This document shows, piece after piece, positions 48,971-58,977 of a stretch of 64,000 nucleotides of DNA. This stretch comes from Bacillota bacterium (lineage in GTDB: Bacteria > Bacillota > Sulfobacillia > DUSP01 > JBFMCS01). The translations under genes and the position numbers were made by a program. The notes below the pieces were generated by a model that worked only from the letters and a program-made list of their open reading frames with translations, was not told the origin of the DNA and ran no database searches. Position 1 is the stretch's first letter, and every line of letters begins with the position of its first letter. The stretch covers positions 74,840 through 138,839 of the forward strand of contig JBFMCS010000051.1 of assembly GCA_040754315.1 (NCBI GenBank). The letters run 5' to 3'.

Positions 48971-50338
48971 ATGGGAGGTCCTGAGCAGAACGGAGGTACG
49001 GAACTAAAGGCGGGTGCTCTCGGCTTCTGGGACTGCGTGATGATGGCCGTGGGTGGCATGGTGGGTATGGCGATATTCTCCCTCTCGGGGGTTACCTTCT
49101 CCCTGTCCGGACCAGCATCGCTCCTGGCCTGGGTGGTTGGCGGTGCCATCCTGTTCCTCTACGCCATGAACGTGGCGGAGATGGCAACCAAGTTCCCCAG
49201 GGCCGGAGGGGTTTTCGTATACCCGGCGGAGTGCCTGGGCAGGACCGCCGCGACCAGGGATTTCTGGGCATGGCTGGCAGCCTGGTCGTGGATAAACGTC
49301 ACGGTCCTGGGTACTGCCTTCGGGGCCATCTTCATAGCGCAGTATCTCTCTGGGATAATACCGGGGGCTGCGCCCCACGTGGTACCCCTGGGGGTGCTAT
49401 GGGTGGCCTTAGTGTGGCTTCTGAACGTCCTGGGCATCACACTCATGGGCAAGACCAATCTGATCCTCACTGCCTTGCTGGTCATCATCTGTCTGGTATA
49501 TGTGGGATACGCGTTCGGCGCCTTCAACCCTGCGATGCTCAGCCCGTTCTTCGCGGGTTTCCTGGGGGTGAAGGGCTTCTACGCCTCGATCCCCATCTCC
49601 ATGCTGGCCTATGGCTCGGTAATCGCGATATCTGCCGCGGCTGAGGAGATCCGCGAACCCAGGAAGACCATACCCAAGGCCATGGCTACCGCGCTCATCG
49701 CCACCGTGGTCCTGTACGCCCTCATCCTGGTTTCGACTTATGGCGTCATCCCGTGGCAGCAGGTAACAGAGGGATCCTTTGGCTTCTATGCCCCGCTCCA
49801 CTTCGCCATAGCGATCTTCGCTCCTGACAAGCCTTGGCTCATGGCCCTGATCTCCGTCGCGGCGCTCCTTGCCATAACCACAACTATGCTGGTGATGGTC
49901 ATGGATGCCGGGAGAACCCTCCTGGCTATCGGCCGCTCGGGCATCCTGCCCAAGCAGTTCGCCTCGGTGAATCCCAGCACCAGGACACCGGTGCTCTCCT
50001 TGACGGTAGTGGCTATCGCCTCAGCCATCGTTGCCTGTTTCCCCGGGTTCACCATGCAGATCATAGGTACCGGCTCCCTGACGTTTGGCATCCTCGTGGC
50101 CATAATGGTGTTCAGCGTTATCGGCTCCAGGGTCTATCGCAAGGACGTCCAGGGCACCTTCGTCACCCCGGGCGGCTACACCCTGCAGGTGCTGACCCTG
50201 GCGGTGCTCGTGTTCGTGCTCTCCCAGCTGGGCCGTGACGCCCTGGTGCTGTCTGGCTGGTGGTACCTGATTGGACTTGTCTACTTCGGCCTCCGTTATG
50301 TCACCAAGCCTGACCTGTTCAAAGACGCAAAGGGCTAG
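48971..50338 (+). CDS. APC-superfamily amino-acid permease
   Basis: 12 predicted TM segments and an amino-acid permease pattern. Confidence 0.8.
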   Translation: MGGPEQNGGTELKAGALGFWDCVMMAVGGMVGMAIFSLSGVTFSLSGPASLLAWVVGGAILFLYAMNVAEMATKFPRAGGVFVYPAECLGRTAATRDFWAWLAAWSWINVTVLGTAFGAIFIAQYLSGIIPGAAPHVVPLGVLWVALVWLLNVLGITLMGKTNLILTALLVIICLVYVGYAFGAFNPAMLSPFFAGFLGVKGFYASIPISMLAYGSVIAISAAAEEIREPRKTIPKAMATALIATVVLYALILVSTYGVIPWQQVTEGSFGFYAPLHFAIAIFAPDKPWLMALISVAALLAITTTMLVMVMDAGRTLLAIGRSGILPKQFASVNPSTRTPVLSLTVVAIASAIVACFPGFTMQIIGTGSLTFGILVAIMVFSVIGSRVYRKDVQGTFVTPGGYTLQVLTLAVLVFVLSQLGRDALVLSGWWYLIGLVYFGLRYVTKPDLFKDAKG

Positions 50339-50345
50339 ATGAGAC

Positions 50346-50384
50346 GGGGCGCGGGGGCGCCCCGGGAGGACGCCCCCGCGGGAG
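50346..50384 (+). terminator. GC-rich inverted repeat (GCGGGGGCG ... CGCCCCCGC) just after the permease stop
   Basis: A 9-bp perfect inverted repeat with an 11-nt spacer, read from the sequence. There is no T-tract. Confidence 0.35.
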
Positions 50385-50408
50385 CCCCAAGTCACGCTTG
50401 GAGGTCTG

Positions 50409-51578
50409 TTGATGGATTACTCCGTGCTGAAGTGCCCGTCCCTGGTTACGGGGCGCGGATCCCTGGAGTACCTGGCCGGCATTGACGCTAGGCGCGTGGC
50501 CGTGATCACGGATGTGCCCGCAATGGAACCCTCAGGGTTTCTCGGGGAGACCCTGCGCCACATAGAAGCCTCTGGTGCCACCTGCTCCATGGTGGGCAGC
50601 GTGGAGAGGGAACCCACGATGGGGGACATCGAGGCTATCCTGGCTGAGCTCGGCCGCTCCGGGCCGGATACCATCGTGGCCCTCGGGGGCGGCTCCGTGA
50701 TGGACGCCGCAAAGGCCCTGCGGTTCTTCCTGGAGTACCCGGACGCTGCCTGGGACCGAGCCTTCAGGCCCTTTGGCCTGGGGGTCCTGGGGAGGGTGAA
50801 TCTGGTGGCGGTTCCCACCACCAGCGGGACGGGATCGGAGAATACCTGCGTGGCCGTCTTGATCGATGATGATACCTGCCTCAAGCGCCTCATGATGTCC
50901 CATGAGCTCGTGCCAACCTTGGCCATTCTGGATGCGCGTCTGGCCGATACCATGCCCGACCCTGTCAGGGCGAATTCCGGTGCTGACGCGCTGGCTCACG
51001 CCGTGGAGGCGGCGGTCTCCAGGAAGGCAGGCCCCCTGACCGTGCGCCTGGCCTTCGCCGCTGCCCAAGATATTCTCCAGGCGCTTCCCCAGTCGCTGTC
51101 GGAGTCTCGGGGCGATCGCCTCCCGGCCAGGGAGACCATGCAGGCTGCCGCCAGTGTCGCGGGGATGGCCATCACGAGTTCCAGCGCGGGCCTCTCCCAT
51201 GCCATGGACCAGGTGGGCCCTGCGTTTGGGCTTCCCCACGGGCTCGTCTGCGGCGTTCTCTTGCCCCATACGATGCGCTTTCACAGTCCTTGCCCCGAGT
51301 ACGCCACCCTTGCCAGGCGCCTGGGCCACTCGGGGAGCGAGGAGGACCTCTGCGCGTCGCTGGCAGCCGCCATCTGGGACCTCTTCAGGGCAACAGGGAT
51401 GCCTGCGGGTTTTGCCGCGGCGGGCCTCGGCCGGGTAGAGTTTGAGAGGGCCCTCCCTGGCCTAGTGGAAGAGACGCTCCGGTCTCCGGCGGCGCTCCTG
51501 TCACCGGCCTGCCCGCAGCCATCAAAGGTAGAGGCTATCTACGAGAGGGCATACAGCGGCACCCACCCACTGGACTAG
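50409..51578 (+). CDS. Iron-containing (group III) alcohol dehydrogenase
   Basis: GGGSVMDAAK motif. Fe-ADH length and a histidine-rich metal site. Confidence 0.8.
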   Translation: MMDYSVLKCPSLVTGRGSLEYLAGIDARRVAVITDVPAMEPSGFLGETLRHIEASGATCSMVGSVEREPTMGDIEAILAELGRSGPDTIVALGGGSVMDAAKALRFFLEYPDAAWDRAFRPFGLGVLGRVNLVAVPTTSGTGSENTCVAVLIDDDTCLKRLMMSHELVPTLAILDARLADTMPDPVRANSGADALAHAVEAAVSRKAGPLTVRLAFAAAQDILQALPQSLSESRGDRLPARETMQAAASVAGMAITSSSAGLSHAMDQVGPAFGLPHGLVCGVLLPHTMRFHSPCPEYATLARRLGHSGSEEDLCASLAAAIWDLFRATGMPAGFAAAGLGRVEFERALPGLVEETLRSPAALLSPACPQPSKVEAIYERAYSGTHPLD

Positions 51579-51581
51579 CCT

Positions 51582-53474
51582 GTGGCTTCCAGGCCCGGTC
51601 TTGACCGGGGCGCATTTTGGGGAGGCCGGGTGCCACGAAAGGATGATGTAGGATTGCCTCTAGAAGGCTATCACAACAAGGTGCTGCATGTGGATCTGAC
51701 ATCCGGTCACAGTGAGGTCCTGCCGGTCAGCGAGGAACGCCTGGCGGGATATGTGGGTGGCATTGGCCTTAGCACCAGGTTTGTCACGGAAATAGTTCCA
51801 GCGGGCGCTGACCCGTTTTCGCCTGAGAACGCCCTTGCCTTCTTCTCGGGGCCCCTTAGCGGTACGACGGCTCCGGCCTTCGCCCAGACGGTCCTGGTAA
51901 CGAAGTCGCCGCTGACTGGGGGCGTTATCAACGCCTACTCGGGCGGCAACCTTGCCGCGGCGCTGAAGGGCACCGGGTACGATGGTGTCCTGGTAACCGG
52001 GCGGGCCCCGCGCCTGTGCTACCTTGTGGTGACTCCGGCGGGGGCCCAGGTGACGGAGGCCCCGGAGATGGCCGGCAGGCACGCCCTCGACGCGGAGGAC
52101 TACATCCGGTCCCGCGTGGGAGGCAAGCGGGTGGGCGTGGCTGCCATCGGCCTTGCCGGCGAAAACCGGGTGAGGTTCGCCGCGGTGATGTCTCAAACCC
52201 GGGCCTTCGGTCGCGGCGGCGCAGGGGCTGTCATGGGGTCCAAGAACCTCAAGGCGGTAGCCTTCTCGGGCGATGTGTCAACGCGGCTTTGGGATCCGAA
52301 CGGGTTCCGGCGGGCTGTGGAAGAGGCCAGGGCCTCCCTAGCTGAGGCTACCTCCAACGAGTGGAGCCTCCTGGGCATGTTCTCGAGGTATGGGACGGGG
52401 AGTGGGATGGCCCTGGTAAATGAGAAGCACGCCCTCGCCACGGAGAACCACCGGAAGGCCACGTTCGAAGGGGCTTTGGCCATCGATGCCCACGCCTACC
52501 TCTCCCTGTTCCCGTCCAGGAGATATGCCTGCTGGGCCTGCCCAATCCACTGCGGCCAGGTGAGAGCCGTGGACGCCTCGGTGTTCGGCCGGCCGAGCCT
52601 CAGGGGTCCAGAGTATGAGACCATGTACTCCCTTGGGTCGAACCTGGCACTGGCTGACCCCCAGGCCTTGGCCCTGGCAAACCAGCTGGCGGAGGACTAC
52701 GGGATGGATACCATCTCTGCCGGTGGCGTGATAGGCTTCGCCATGGAGTGCGCTGAAAAGGGCATCCTTGCCAAGGGAGCCCTGGGGGAGGAACCCTTGC
52801 GCTTCGGAAATGGGGCCACTGTGACCCTGGCCCTTCACAGGATCGCCCGCAGGGAGGGCGTAGGCGACCTCCTGGCGGAAGGGGTCAAGAGGGCTTCGGC
52901 TCACCTGGGGCAGGGCAGCGGTGTCTTCGCCATGCACGTCAAGGGCATGGAGTTCGCCGCCTGGATGCCGGCGAGGATGAGGGGCATCGCGCTGGCCTTC
53001 GCCACGTCCAACAGGGGCGCCTGCCACAAGAGGGCGCCGGTTGGCGCCGAGATAATGGGGTTTATGCCCATGGAAAGCACCCAGGGCAAGGCTGCAGTTG
53101 TCAAGGAGATCCAGGACAAGGTGAACGCTGTGTTTACCCTCATATCCTGCCGGTTCGCCGAGTTCCAGCTCAAGATGGACCACTACCTGGCGCTTCTCAA
53201 GGCAGCGACGGGCCTGGACATGAGCGAGGAAGGCCTTCTTACCCTGGGAGAGAGGATCTGGAACCTCGAGCGCGTCTACAACAGGGCCGGAGGCTGGACG
53301 CGACAGGATGACTGGCTCCCCGACCGGTGCTTCGAGCCAGTGGTTGGGCCGGATATAGGTTCCCCACTGACCCGGGAGGAATTGGCGGCCATGATCGAGG
53401 AGTACTACCACCTGAGGGGCTGGGACGAACAGGGTGTACCGCTGCCCGAAACCCTGGGGGCTCTTGACCTTTAG
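51582..53474 (+). CDS. Second aldehyde:ferredoxin oxidoreductase (AOR family); the true start is probably near 51650
   Basis: GYHNKVLHVDLTSG is an AOR N-terminus. Paralogous to 40650-42560 over its whole length. Confidence 0.85.
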   Translation: MASRPGLDRGAFWGGRVPRKDDVGLPLEGYHNKVLHVDLTSGHSEVLPVSEERLAGYVGGIGLSTRFVTEIVPAGADPFSPENALAFFSGPLSGTTAPAFAQTVLVTKSPLTGGVINAYSGGNLAAALKGTGYDGVLVTGRAPRLCYLVVTPAGAQVTEAPEMAGRHALDAEDYIRSRVGGKRVGVAAIGLAGENRVRFAAVMSQTRAFGRGGAGAVMGSKNLKAVAFSGDVSTRLWDPNGFRRAVEEARASLAEATSNEWSLLGMFSRYGTGSGMALVNEKHALATENHRKATFEGALAIDAHAYLSLFPSRRYACWACPIHCGQVRAVDASVFGRPSLRGPEYETMYSLGSNLALADPQALALANQLAEDYGMDTISAGGVIGFAMECAEKGILAKGALGEEPLRFGNGATVTLALHRIARREGVGDLLAEGVKRASAHLGQGSGVFAMHVKGMEFAAWMPARMRGIALAFATSNRGACHKRAPVGAEIMGFMPMESTQGKAAVVKEIQDKVNAVFTLISCRFAEFQLKMDHYLALLKAATGLDMSEEGLLTLGERIWNLERVYNRAGGWTRQDDWLPDRCFEPVVGPDIGSPLTREELAAMIEEYYHLRGWDEQGVPLPETLGALDL

Positions 53475-53504
53475 GGTGGCCAGCCCTAGGCCGAACAGGG
53501 GAGG

Positions 53505-54338
53505 GTGGTGTCGGTGGAGGATACGAGACCCAGGGGACACCGTGTCCAATCGGTAGACAGGGCGCTCATGTTGATGGAGGCCCTAGCCTCTGAAGGCAGG
53601 CCCATGGGCCTGGTGGAGCTGGCGCAGGCGGTCGGGCTCGAGACCACCACGGTGCACCGTTTGCTTCACACCCTGATAGAACGGGGATTTGTTAGACAAG
53701 ACAGCGAGAGGGGCAAGTACGAGCTGGGTTTGAAGGCGTTTCACGTGGGTAACGCGGTCACCTACATCGCACAGCTGAGGAAGATCCTCAGGCCGTACCT
53801 GGAGAGGCTCGTCCAGGACACGGGGGAGACATCCAACCTCGCTGTCTCGGATGGCTGGGATGGCATCTACATCGAGCAGATACCAGGCTCTCAGTTCCTG
53901 AGGATGTCCACCGAGGTGGGCCGGCGGGTGCCACTTCACTCAACGGCTGTAGGCAAGGCGCTCATGGCCTGGCTTCCCCAGGAGGAGATCGAGGCATTCA
54001 TCAAAAGCAACGGCCTGCGCAGGCTGACGCCCAACACCATCGTGGAGCCCGCCGTTTTCAAGGCGGAGCTGGAGAGGGTAAGGGCCCAGGGCTATACCCT
54101 GGACCTGGAGGAGTTCGAGCTGGGGGCTAACTGCATCGGGGCTCCGGTCTTTGGCAAGCGCGGCTCCGTTGTGGCGGCGGTGAGCGTATCCGGTCCCACG
54201 GTCCGGTTCAGGTCCGAGGACATGGAGCGGTTCAAGGTTTATGTGTGCCGGTGCGCCTCGGCCATCTCCAAGGAGATGGGCTATGCCTTCGAGTTGCCCA
54301 GGCTGTCTTCCAAGGGGTGGGAGATGGTGAGGCCCTAG
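53505..54338 (+). CDS. IclR-family transcriptional regulator
   Basis: An N-terminal wHTH (VQSVDRALMLMEALA ... LVELAQAVGLETTTVHRLL) plus a C-terminal IclR effector domain. Confidence 0.85.
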   Translation: MVSVEDTRPRGHRVQSVDRALMLMEALASEGRPMGLVELAQAVGLETTTVHRLLHTLIERGFVRQDSERGKYELGLKAFHVGNAVTYIAQLRKILRPYLERLVQDTGETSNLAVSDGWDGIYIEQIPGSQFLRMSTEVGRRVPLHSTAVGKALMAWLPQEEIEAFIKSNGLRRLTPNTIVEPAVFKAELERVRAQGYTLDLEEFELGANCIGAPVFGKRGSVVAAVSVSGPTVRFRSEDMERFKVYVCRCASAISKEMGYAFELPRLSSKGWEMVRP

Positions 54339-54552
54339 CGGAGGGACGCGGCAAGGTTTTCTCGAGGCTCTTGCCAAGGAGCACAGAGAAAACGGCCCTG
54401 GATCCCGGGGCATGCCGGGCTATTAGGATGGAGCGGGAACAATCGGCGGCAGTGTCAATGGGGGTGGCGATCCCGGGACTGCCGTCACTCGAGTGGCGGC
54501 ACGGGGCCATGGCCCCGGCATCCCCAAAGTCGCCCTTTCAGGGGGGAGAAGA

Positions 54553-55869
54553 GTGTCAGAAGTCAGGGTGGTGCACTACGTGAACCAGTTCTTTGGCGGC
54601 ATCGGGGGAGAGGAGAAGGGAAACCATCCGGTCACGACCAGACAAGGGCCGGTAGGACCAGGCTTGGCCCTCCAGAAAGCCCTTGGAGACGACGCCATGA
54701 TCGTCGGGACAGTGATTGCGGGAGACAACTACTTCAGCGAGAACCTCGAGGGTACATGCCGGGAGGCGCTGGAGGCCGTCAAGGGGTTCGGGCCGGACGT
54801 GCTGGTGGCGGGCCCTGCCTTTGGCGCCGGGCGTTACGGAGTGGCCTGCGGGGCGCTGTGCGAGGCAGCTACCGGGGAGGGCATCCGCTCCGTGACCGCC
54901 ATGGCCGAGGATAACCCAGCCGTTGGCATCTACCAGAAGACCGTCTTCATAGTCCCGAGCGGGGATTCGGCCGCTGGGATGGGCAAGGTCATGCCAAAGA
55001 TTGCCCGGCTCGCCCTGAAACTGGTCCGGGAAGGTAGCCTGGGGCCAGCCTTGGCTGAGGGGTACATACCCACGGGTCACCGCTACAACGAGTACGATGA
55101 CAAGACAGCGGCCGAACGCCTGGTGGCAATGATCCACAAGAAGCTGCGGGGCGAGGCCTTCACAACGGAGATACCGCTGCGGGGCTTCGATGTAGTGCCC
55201 CCGGCGCCGCCCTTGGAGGATCTCAGGTCTTTAACGGTAGCCCTGGTAACCGGCGGCGGCATCGTGCCCAAGGGTAATCCGGACAGGCTAAAGCAGGCCT
55301 TCTCAACAACTTACGCCTCCTATCGTCTTGACTGCCAGGAGCGCCTGGAGCCCGGTTACTATGAGGGGATCCACGGCGGGTTCGACTGCCTGTGGGCGAA
55401 CGAGGACCCCAACAGGGTGGTTCCCGTGGACGTCATGCGCGACCTGGAAAGGGAGGGCGTCCTCGGGAGGCTCTTCGAGAGGTTCTTCGTTACCGTTGGT
55501 ATCGGCACCAACGTGGCCAATGCCAAGCGAATAGGGGAGGGCATAGCACAGGAGCTGAATAGCGCAGGGGTGAGCGCAGCAATCTTCACATCCACGTGAG
55601 GGACGTGCACTCGTTGCGTGGCAACGATGACCAAAGAGGCGGAACGTGCTGGCATTCCCTCAGCCCTGATAACGGCGATACCCTCGGTTGCGCTCTCGGT
55701 GGGTGCCAGCAGGGTGGTCGTGGGAGGCGGGATCCCGCATCCCACGGGTAACCCGGAGCTTCCGCCCGACAGGGAGAGGGCCTTTCGAAGAAGATGCGTG
55801 GAAATGGCCTTGAAGGCCATCCAGTCACCGGCGTCAGGTCCAACTGAGTTCAAGGTGGAACTGGGCTAG
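54553..55869 (+). CDS. grdB: Glycine/sarcosine/betaine-reductase selenoprotein B family (GrdB/GrdF/GrdH-type), with in-frame UGA (Sec) at 55597-55599
   Basis: VVHYVNQFFGGIGGEEK ... ALVTGGGIVPKGNPDR ... then AIFTST-TGA-GTCTRC. This matches the conserved selenoprotein B TSTUGTC active site. Translation resumes in frame in ORF 55618-55869. SD GGGGGGAGAAGAG precedes the GTG start. Confidence 0.8.
55611..55627 (+). other. SECIS-like stem-loop 12 nt downstream of the grdB UGA
   Basis: TCGTTGC-GTG-GCAACGA, a 7-bp stem with a 3-nt loop, read directly. The distance from the UGA matches bacterial SECIS placement. Confidence 0.4.
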
Positions 55870-55876
55870 GGAGGGG

Positions 55877-57178
55877 ATGCCGTTGCTTCTTGAACGCTAT
55901 GTATTCGACGTGAAGGACTTGAGGTTTGACAAACCCACTCGCCTGGAGAATGGCACGCTCTACATTGACGGGGCTGGGCTGAAAGAGACCTTATCGTCCA
56001 TCCCAGGCCTTTCACAGATCGACCTGCACTTGGTCAAGCCCGGTGAGGCATCGAGGATCATCCACGTTCTCGATACGATCATGCCCATGGCCAAGGATGA
56101 CGGCCGTCAGGCCTACCCGGGTAATCTTGGGCCGCCGGACCTGGTGGGCAACGGGATAACCAGGGTCATGCCATCGGTGGCGGTGATGGAGTGCGCGGCC
56201 CTGCCCTGGACGGCCACGGGGCTTCTGTACGCCAGGGAGGCCATGGTTGACATGACTGGCCCTTACGCAGGGTTAAGCCCGTTTTCCGAAACCCTTAACC
56301 TAGTGCTGGAGATGGAGCTGGAGGCGGGCAAGTCGGATCCTGAGTACGACCACGCCGTGAGAACGGCGGGCCTGAAGGCGGCTGCCTACGTGGCCCAGGC
56401 CATGGCTGGACAGGAGCCCGACAGGGTGGAGCGATACGATACAACGCAAGGCCGGGCAGATGGCCTTCCCTCCATCGCCTATGTCTACCAGGTGCAGAAC
56501 CAGGGTCCCTACTCCAACACGCTCCTTTATGGCAAGACCGTGGATAACCTGGTGCCCACAGTGCTCGATCCCAACGAGTTGCTGGATGGCGCGCTGGTGA
56601 GCGGCAACTACGTGTGGCCTTGCTTTAAGGTTCCCACCTACCTTCATGCGATGTCCCCGGTTGTGCTAGAACTGTACAAGGGCCACGGCAGGGACCACAA
56701 TTTCGCCGGGGTGGTCTTCAGCAGGGGTCACAACTACTCGCACTTCGACAAGACGCGGTCGGCGAACATCGCGGCCAAGCTGGTACGCCACCTGGGCGCG
56801 CAGGCCATGGTCATTACCTGGGAGGGCGGCGGCAATGCCGCCACCGACGCCATGCTGACCATTCAGGCCTGCGAGAAGATGGGCATAAGGTCGGCGGCCA
56901 TAAGCTTCGAGTTTGGCGGACCTGACGGTACCGAGGGTATCCTCCTGGTGGATGATGTGCCCGAGGCCGATGCCCTCGTTTCGTCGGGCAGCATCGAAAA
57001 ACCGATTGAACTGCCTAGGGTCGAGAGGGCGGTGGGGGGTCCCTTCCTGAGGCTCAACCGGGAAATGGGCGGTGAGGAGCGAGAGCCTACGGCGGCCATC
57101 TCCTTTGATAACACCACATTGATGTACTGTGCGGCGAACCAGACGGGCTTTGGCTGGTTGATCGGCCGTGCGTACTAG
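55877..57178 (+). CDS. grdE: Grd protein B proprotein (GrdE/GrdG-like, pyruvoyl-forming)
   Basis: 433 aa. GrdE-like N-terminus (LLERYVFDVKDLRF). The size and family match GrdE/PrdA-type proproteins. SD GGGAGGGG before the ATG. Confidence 0.7.
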   Translation: MPLLLERYVFDVKDLRFDKPTRLENGTLYIDGAGLKETLSSIPGLSQIDLHLVKPGEASRIIHVLDTIMPMAKDDGRQAYPGNLGPPDLVGNGITRVMPSVAVMECAALPWTATGLLYAREAMVDMTGPYAGLSPFSETLNLVLEMELEAGKSDPEYDHAVRTAGLKAAAYVAQAMAGQEPDRVERYDTTQGRADGLPSIAYVYQVQNQGPYSNTLLYGKTVDNLVPTVLDPNELLDGALVSGNYVWPCFKVPTYLHAMSPVVLELYKGHGRDHNFAGVVFSRGHNYSHFDKTRSANIAAKLVRHLGAQAMVITWEGGGNAATDAMLTIQACEKMGIRSAAISFEFGGPDGTEGILLVDDVPEADALVSSGSIEKPIELPRVERAVGGPFLRLNREMGGEEREPTAAISFDNTTLMYCAANQTGFGWLIGRAY

Positions 57179-57218
57179 GATCGCAGAAGATAGACTTGGA
57201 GGGAGCGCTGTAGGGACG

Positions 57219-58676
57219 ATGGTCAAACCGGTGGTAAAGGGAGTATCATATGTGCTCGCCCACGGGCCTGGCTTGGTACGGTATGGATCAAAGCCGGCCA
57301 GGGAGTGCCAGAAGGACTCTGGCCTCCTGGGGAGGATCGAAGCCTCGCTCAGGAGCTACGATGAGGTCATCGGTTATCCCCCAAACCAAGTCTTCATCGG
57401 CAATGCTCGACCCGAAGACCTGTGGCGAATTGAAAGACCCTGGTGGAAGCATCTTGTGCCCAATGCTCCGCGTCGCGGGCGGTGGGGGGAGATCATACCC
57501 GAGGATGAGCTGTACTGCCTCATAAAGGCCGTGGACGATTTCGACCTGGTGAAGCTGGACGAGGGCTTCTTGGCCGGTGGTGCGAGAGAACGATACCTGG
57601 CAAGCCCGGTGTGCCGGGAAGGAGATGCCGGAAGGCTCGGGGGTGAATCTGCCCAAGGGGTTGAAAGGGGCCTTGCCGAGGGCCACGCGCTTGCCCTGCG
57701 TCACCGCGGGGATGTCGTGGGCCGGGTTTCCCGGGGCCATGACGAGGATGAGACCCTCCAAGCGGCGGTGCTCCTTGAGAACCTCGCCTGCAAGGCTACG
57801 GGCGTTGCGGCCCTGAGGCACCTCCTGGCCCAGGACGGGATGCCGGAGCCATCCCGGGTCGGATACGTCATGAACAGCGGTGAAGAGGCGGTGGGCGACC
57901 GCTACCAGCGGGGAGGGGGTAACCTGGCCAAGGCGATGGCAGAACGTTCCGGCCTCCTGGAGGCAACCGGGTCAGACATCAAGGCCTTCTGCTGTTCACC
58001 AGTACACGCTGTTGTCATGGCTTCGAGCCTGGTAAGTTCCGGCCTGTTCGAAAACGTAATGGTCGTCGGCGGAGGGTCGCTGGCGAAGATGGGGATGAAG
58101 TTCAGGGGCCACCTGGCCAGCGGCTACCCCATAATGGAGGATGTGCTCGGGGCGTTCGCGTTGATGGTGAGCGCCGATGACGGCGTAAATCCTGTTGTGA
58201 GGCTGGATGGTGTGGGGAGGCACAAGGTGAAATCCGGTTCCTCGCCCCAGCAGATCCTCGAGGCGCTGGTCGTGGAACCGCTCGAACGCTTGGGACTAAG
58301 GATGACCGACGTGCCGAAGTACGCCCTGGAGCTGCACAACCCCGAGGTCACCGAACCCGCGGGGAGCGGTGATGTTCCCAGGAACAACTACAGGGCCCTG
58401 GCAGGCATGGCAGTGATACGCCGGGAGACGGACAGATCCGGGATGGACAGGTTCGAGGCCTCCCACGGGATGCCTGGGTTCTCGCCGACCCAGGGTCATG
58501 TTCCGGCGTCGCTTCCCTTCATGGGCCACGCGCGAGATCGCATCCTGTCAGGGGAACTGGAGAGGGCCATGTTTATAGCCAAGGGGAGCCTCTTTCTGGG
58601 GAAGATGACGGGGCTTTCGGACGGCATGTCCTTCCTGGTGGAAAGGAATGGTGATGAGCGTGAAGGAGGTCGATAG
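57219..58676 (+). CDS. grdC: Grd protein C beta subunit (GrdC, thiolase/KAS-III-like)
   Basis: MVKPVVKGVSYVLAHGPGLVRYGSKP ... YPPNQVFIGN and the overall 485 aa length fit GrdC. Confidence 0.65.
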   Translation: MVKPVVKGVSYVLAHGPGLVRYGSKPARECQKDSGLLGRIEASLRSYDEVIGYPPNQVFIGNARPEDLWRIERPWWKHLVPNAPRRGRWGEIIPEDELYCLIKAVDDFDLVKLDEGFLAGGARERYLASPVCREGDAGRLGGESAQGVERGLAEGHALALRHRGDVVGRVSRGHDEDETLQAAVLLENLACKATGVAALRHLLAQDGMPEPSRVGYVMNSGEEAVGDRYQRGGGNLAKAMAERSGLLEATGSDIKAFCCSPVHAVVMASSLVSSGLFENVMVVGGGSLAKMGMKFRGHLASGYPIMEDVLGAFALMVSADDGVNPVVRLDGVGRHKVKSGSSPQQILEALVVEPLERLGLRMTDVPKYALELHNPEVTEPAGSGDVPRNNYRALAGMAVIRRETDRSGMDRFEASHGMPGFSPTQGHVPASLPFMGHARDRILSGELERAMFIAKGSLFLGKMTGLSDGMSFLVERNGDEREGGR

Positions 58677-58965
58677 GGAGGGTTTCGTCCAGGAGACCGC
58701 AGAGGGGACGGTGGTAGTGGACTTCTGGGGCCCTAGATGCGCCCCGTGCCTGGCCTTGATGCCAGTGGTAGAGGAGTTGGCTAGCCAGCTGGAGGGTAAG
58801 GTCAGGTTCCTAAAGGTTGACTCGTCCAAGAACCGGAGGCTGTGCGTGGATCTTGGGGTCATGAGCCTTCCCACATTCCTCGCCTACAGGGACGGGCAGG
58901 AGGTTGAGAGGCTTACAGGGCATGTAGATGCCAGGTCCTTGAGGGAAATGGTTCAACGTCTCTAG
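58648..58965 (+). CDS. trxA: Thioredoxin
   Basis: WGPRCAPC active site in a thioredoxin fold. Its start overlaps the grdC stop. Confidence 0.8.
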   Translation: MVMSVKEVDREGFVQETAEGTVVVDFWGPRCAPCLALMPVVEELASQLEGKVRFLKVDSSKNRRLCVDLGVMSLPTFLAYRDGQEVERLTGHVDARSLREMVQRL

Positions 58966-58977
58966 GAGGTGACGGCA

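Noticed and set aside
55618-55869. ORF 55618-55869 (83 aa) and ORF 59122-59448 (108 aa) as independent genes
   Set aside because: They are the post-UGA C-terminal parts of the grdB-type and grdA selenoproteins. The reading frame is continuous through TGA and the selenocysteine motifs TSTUGTC and CFVUTAAG are conserved.
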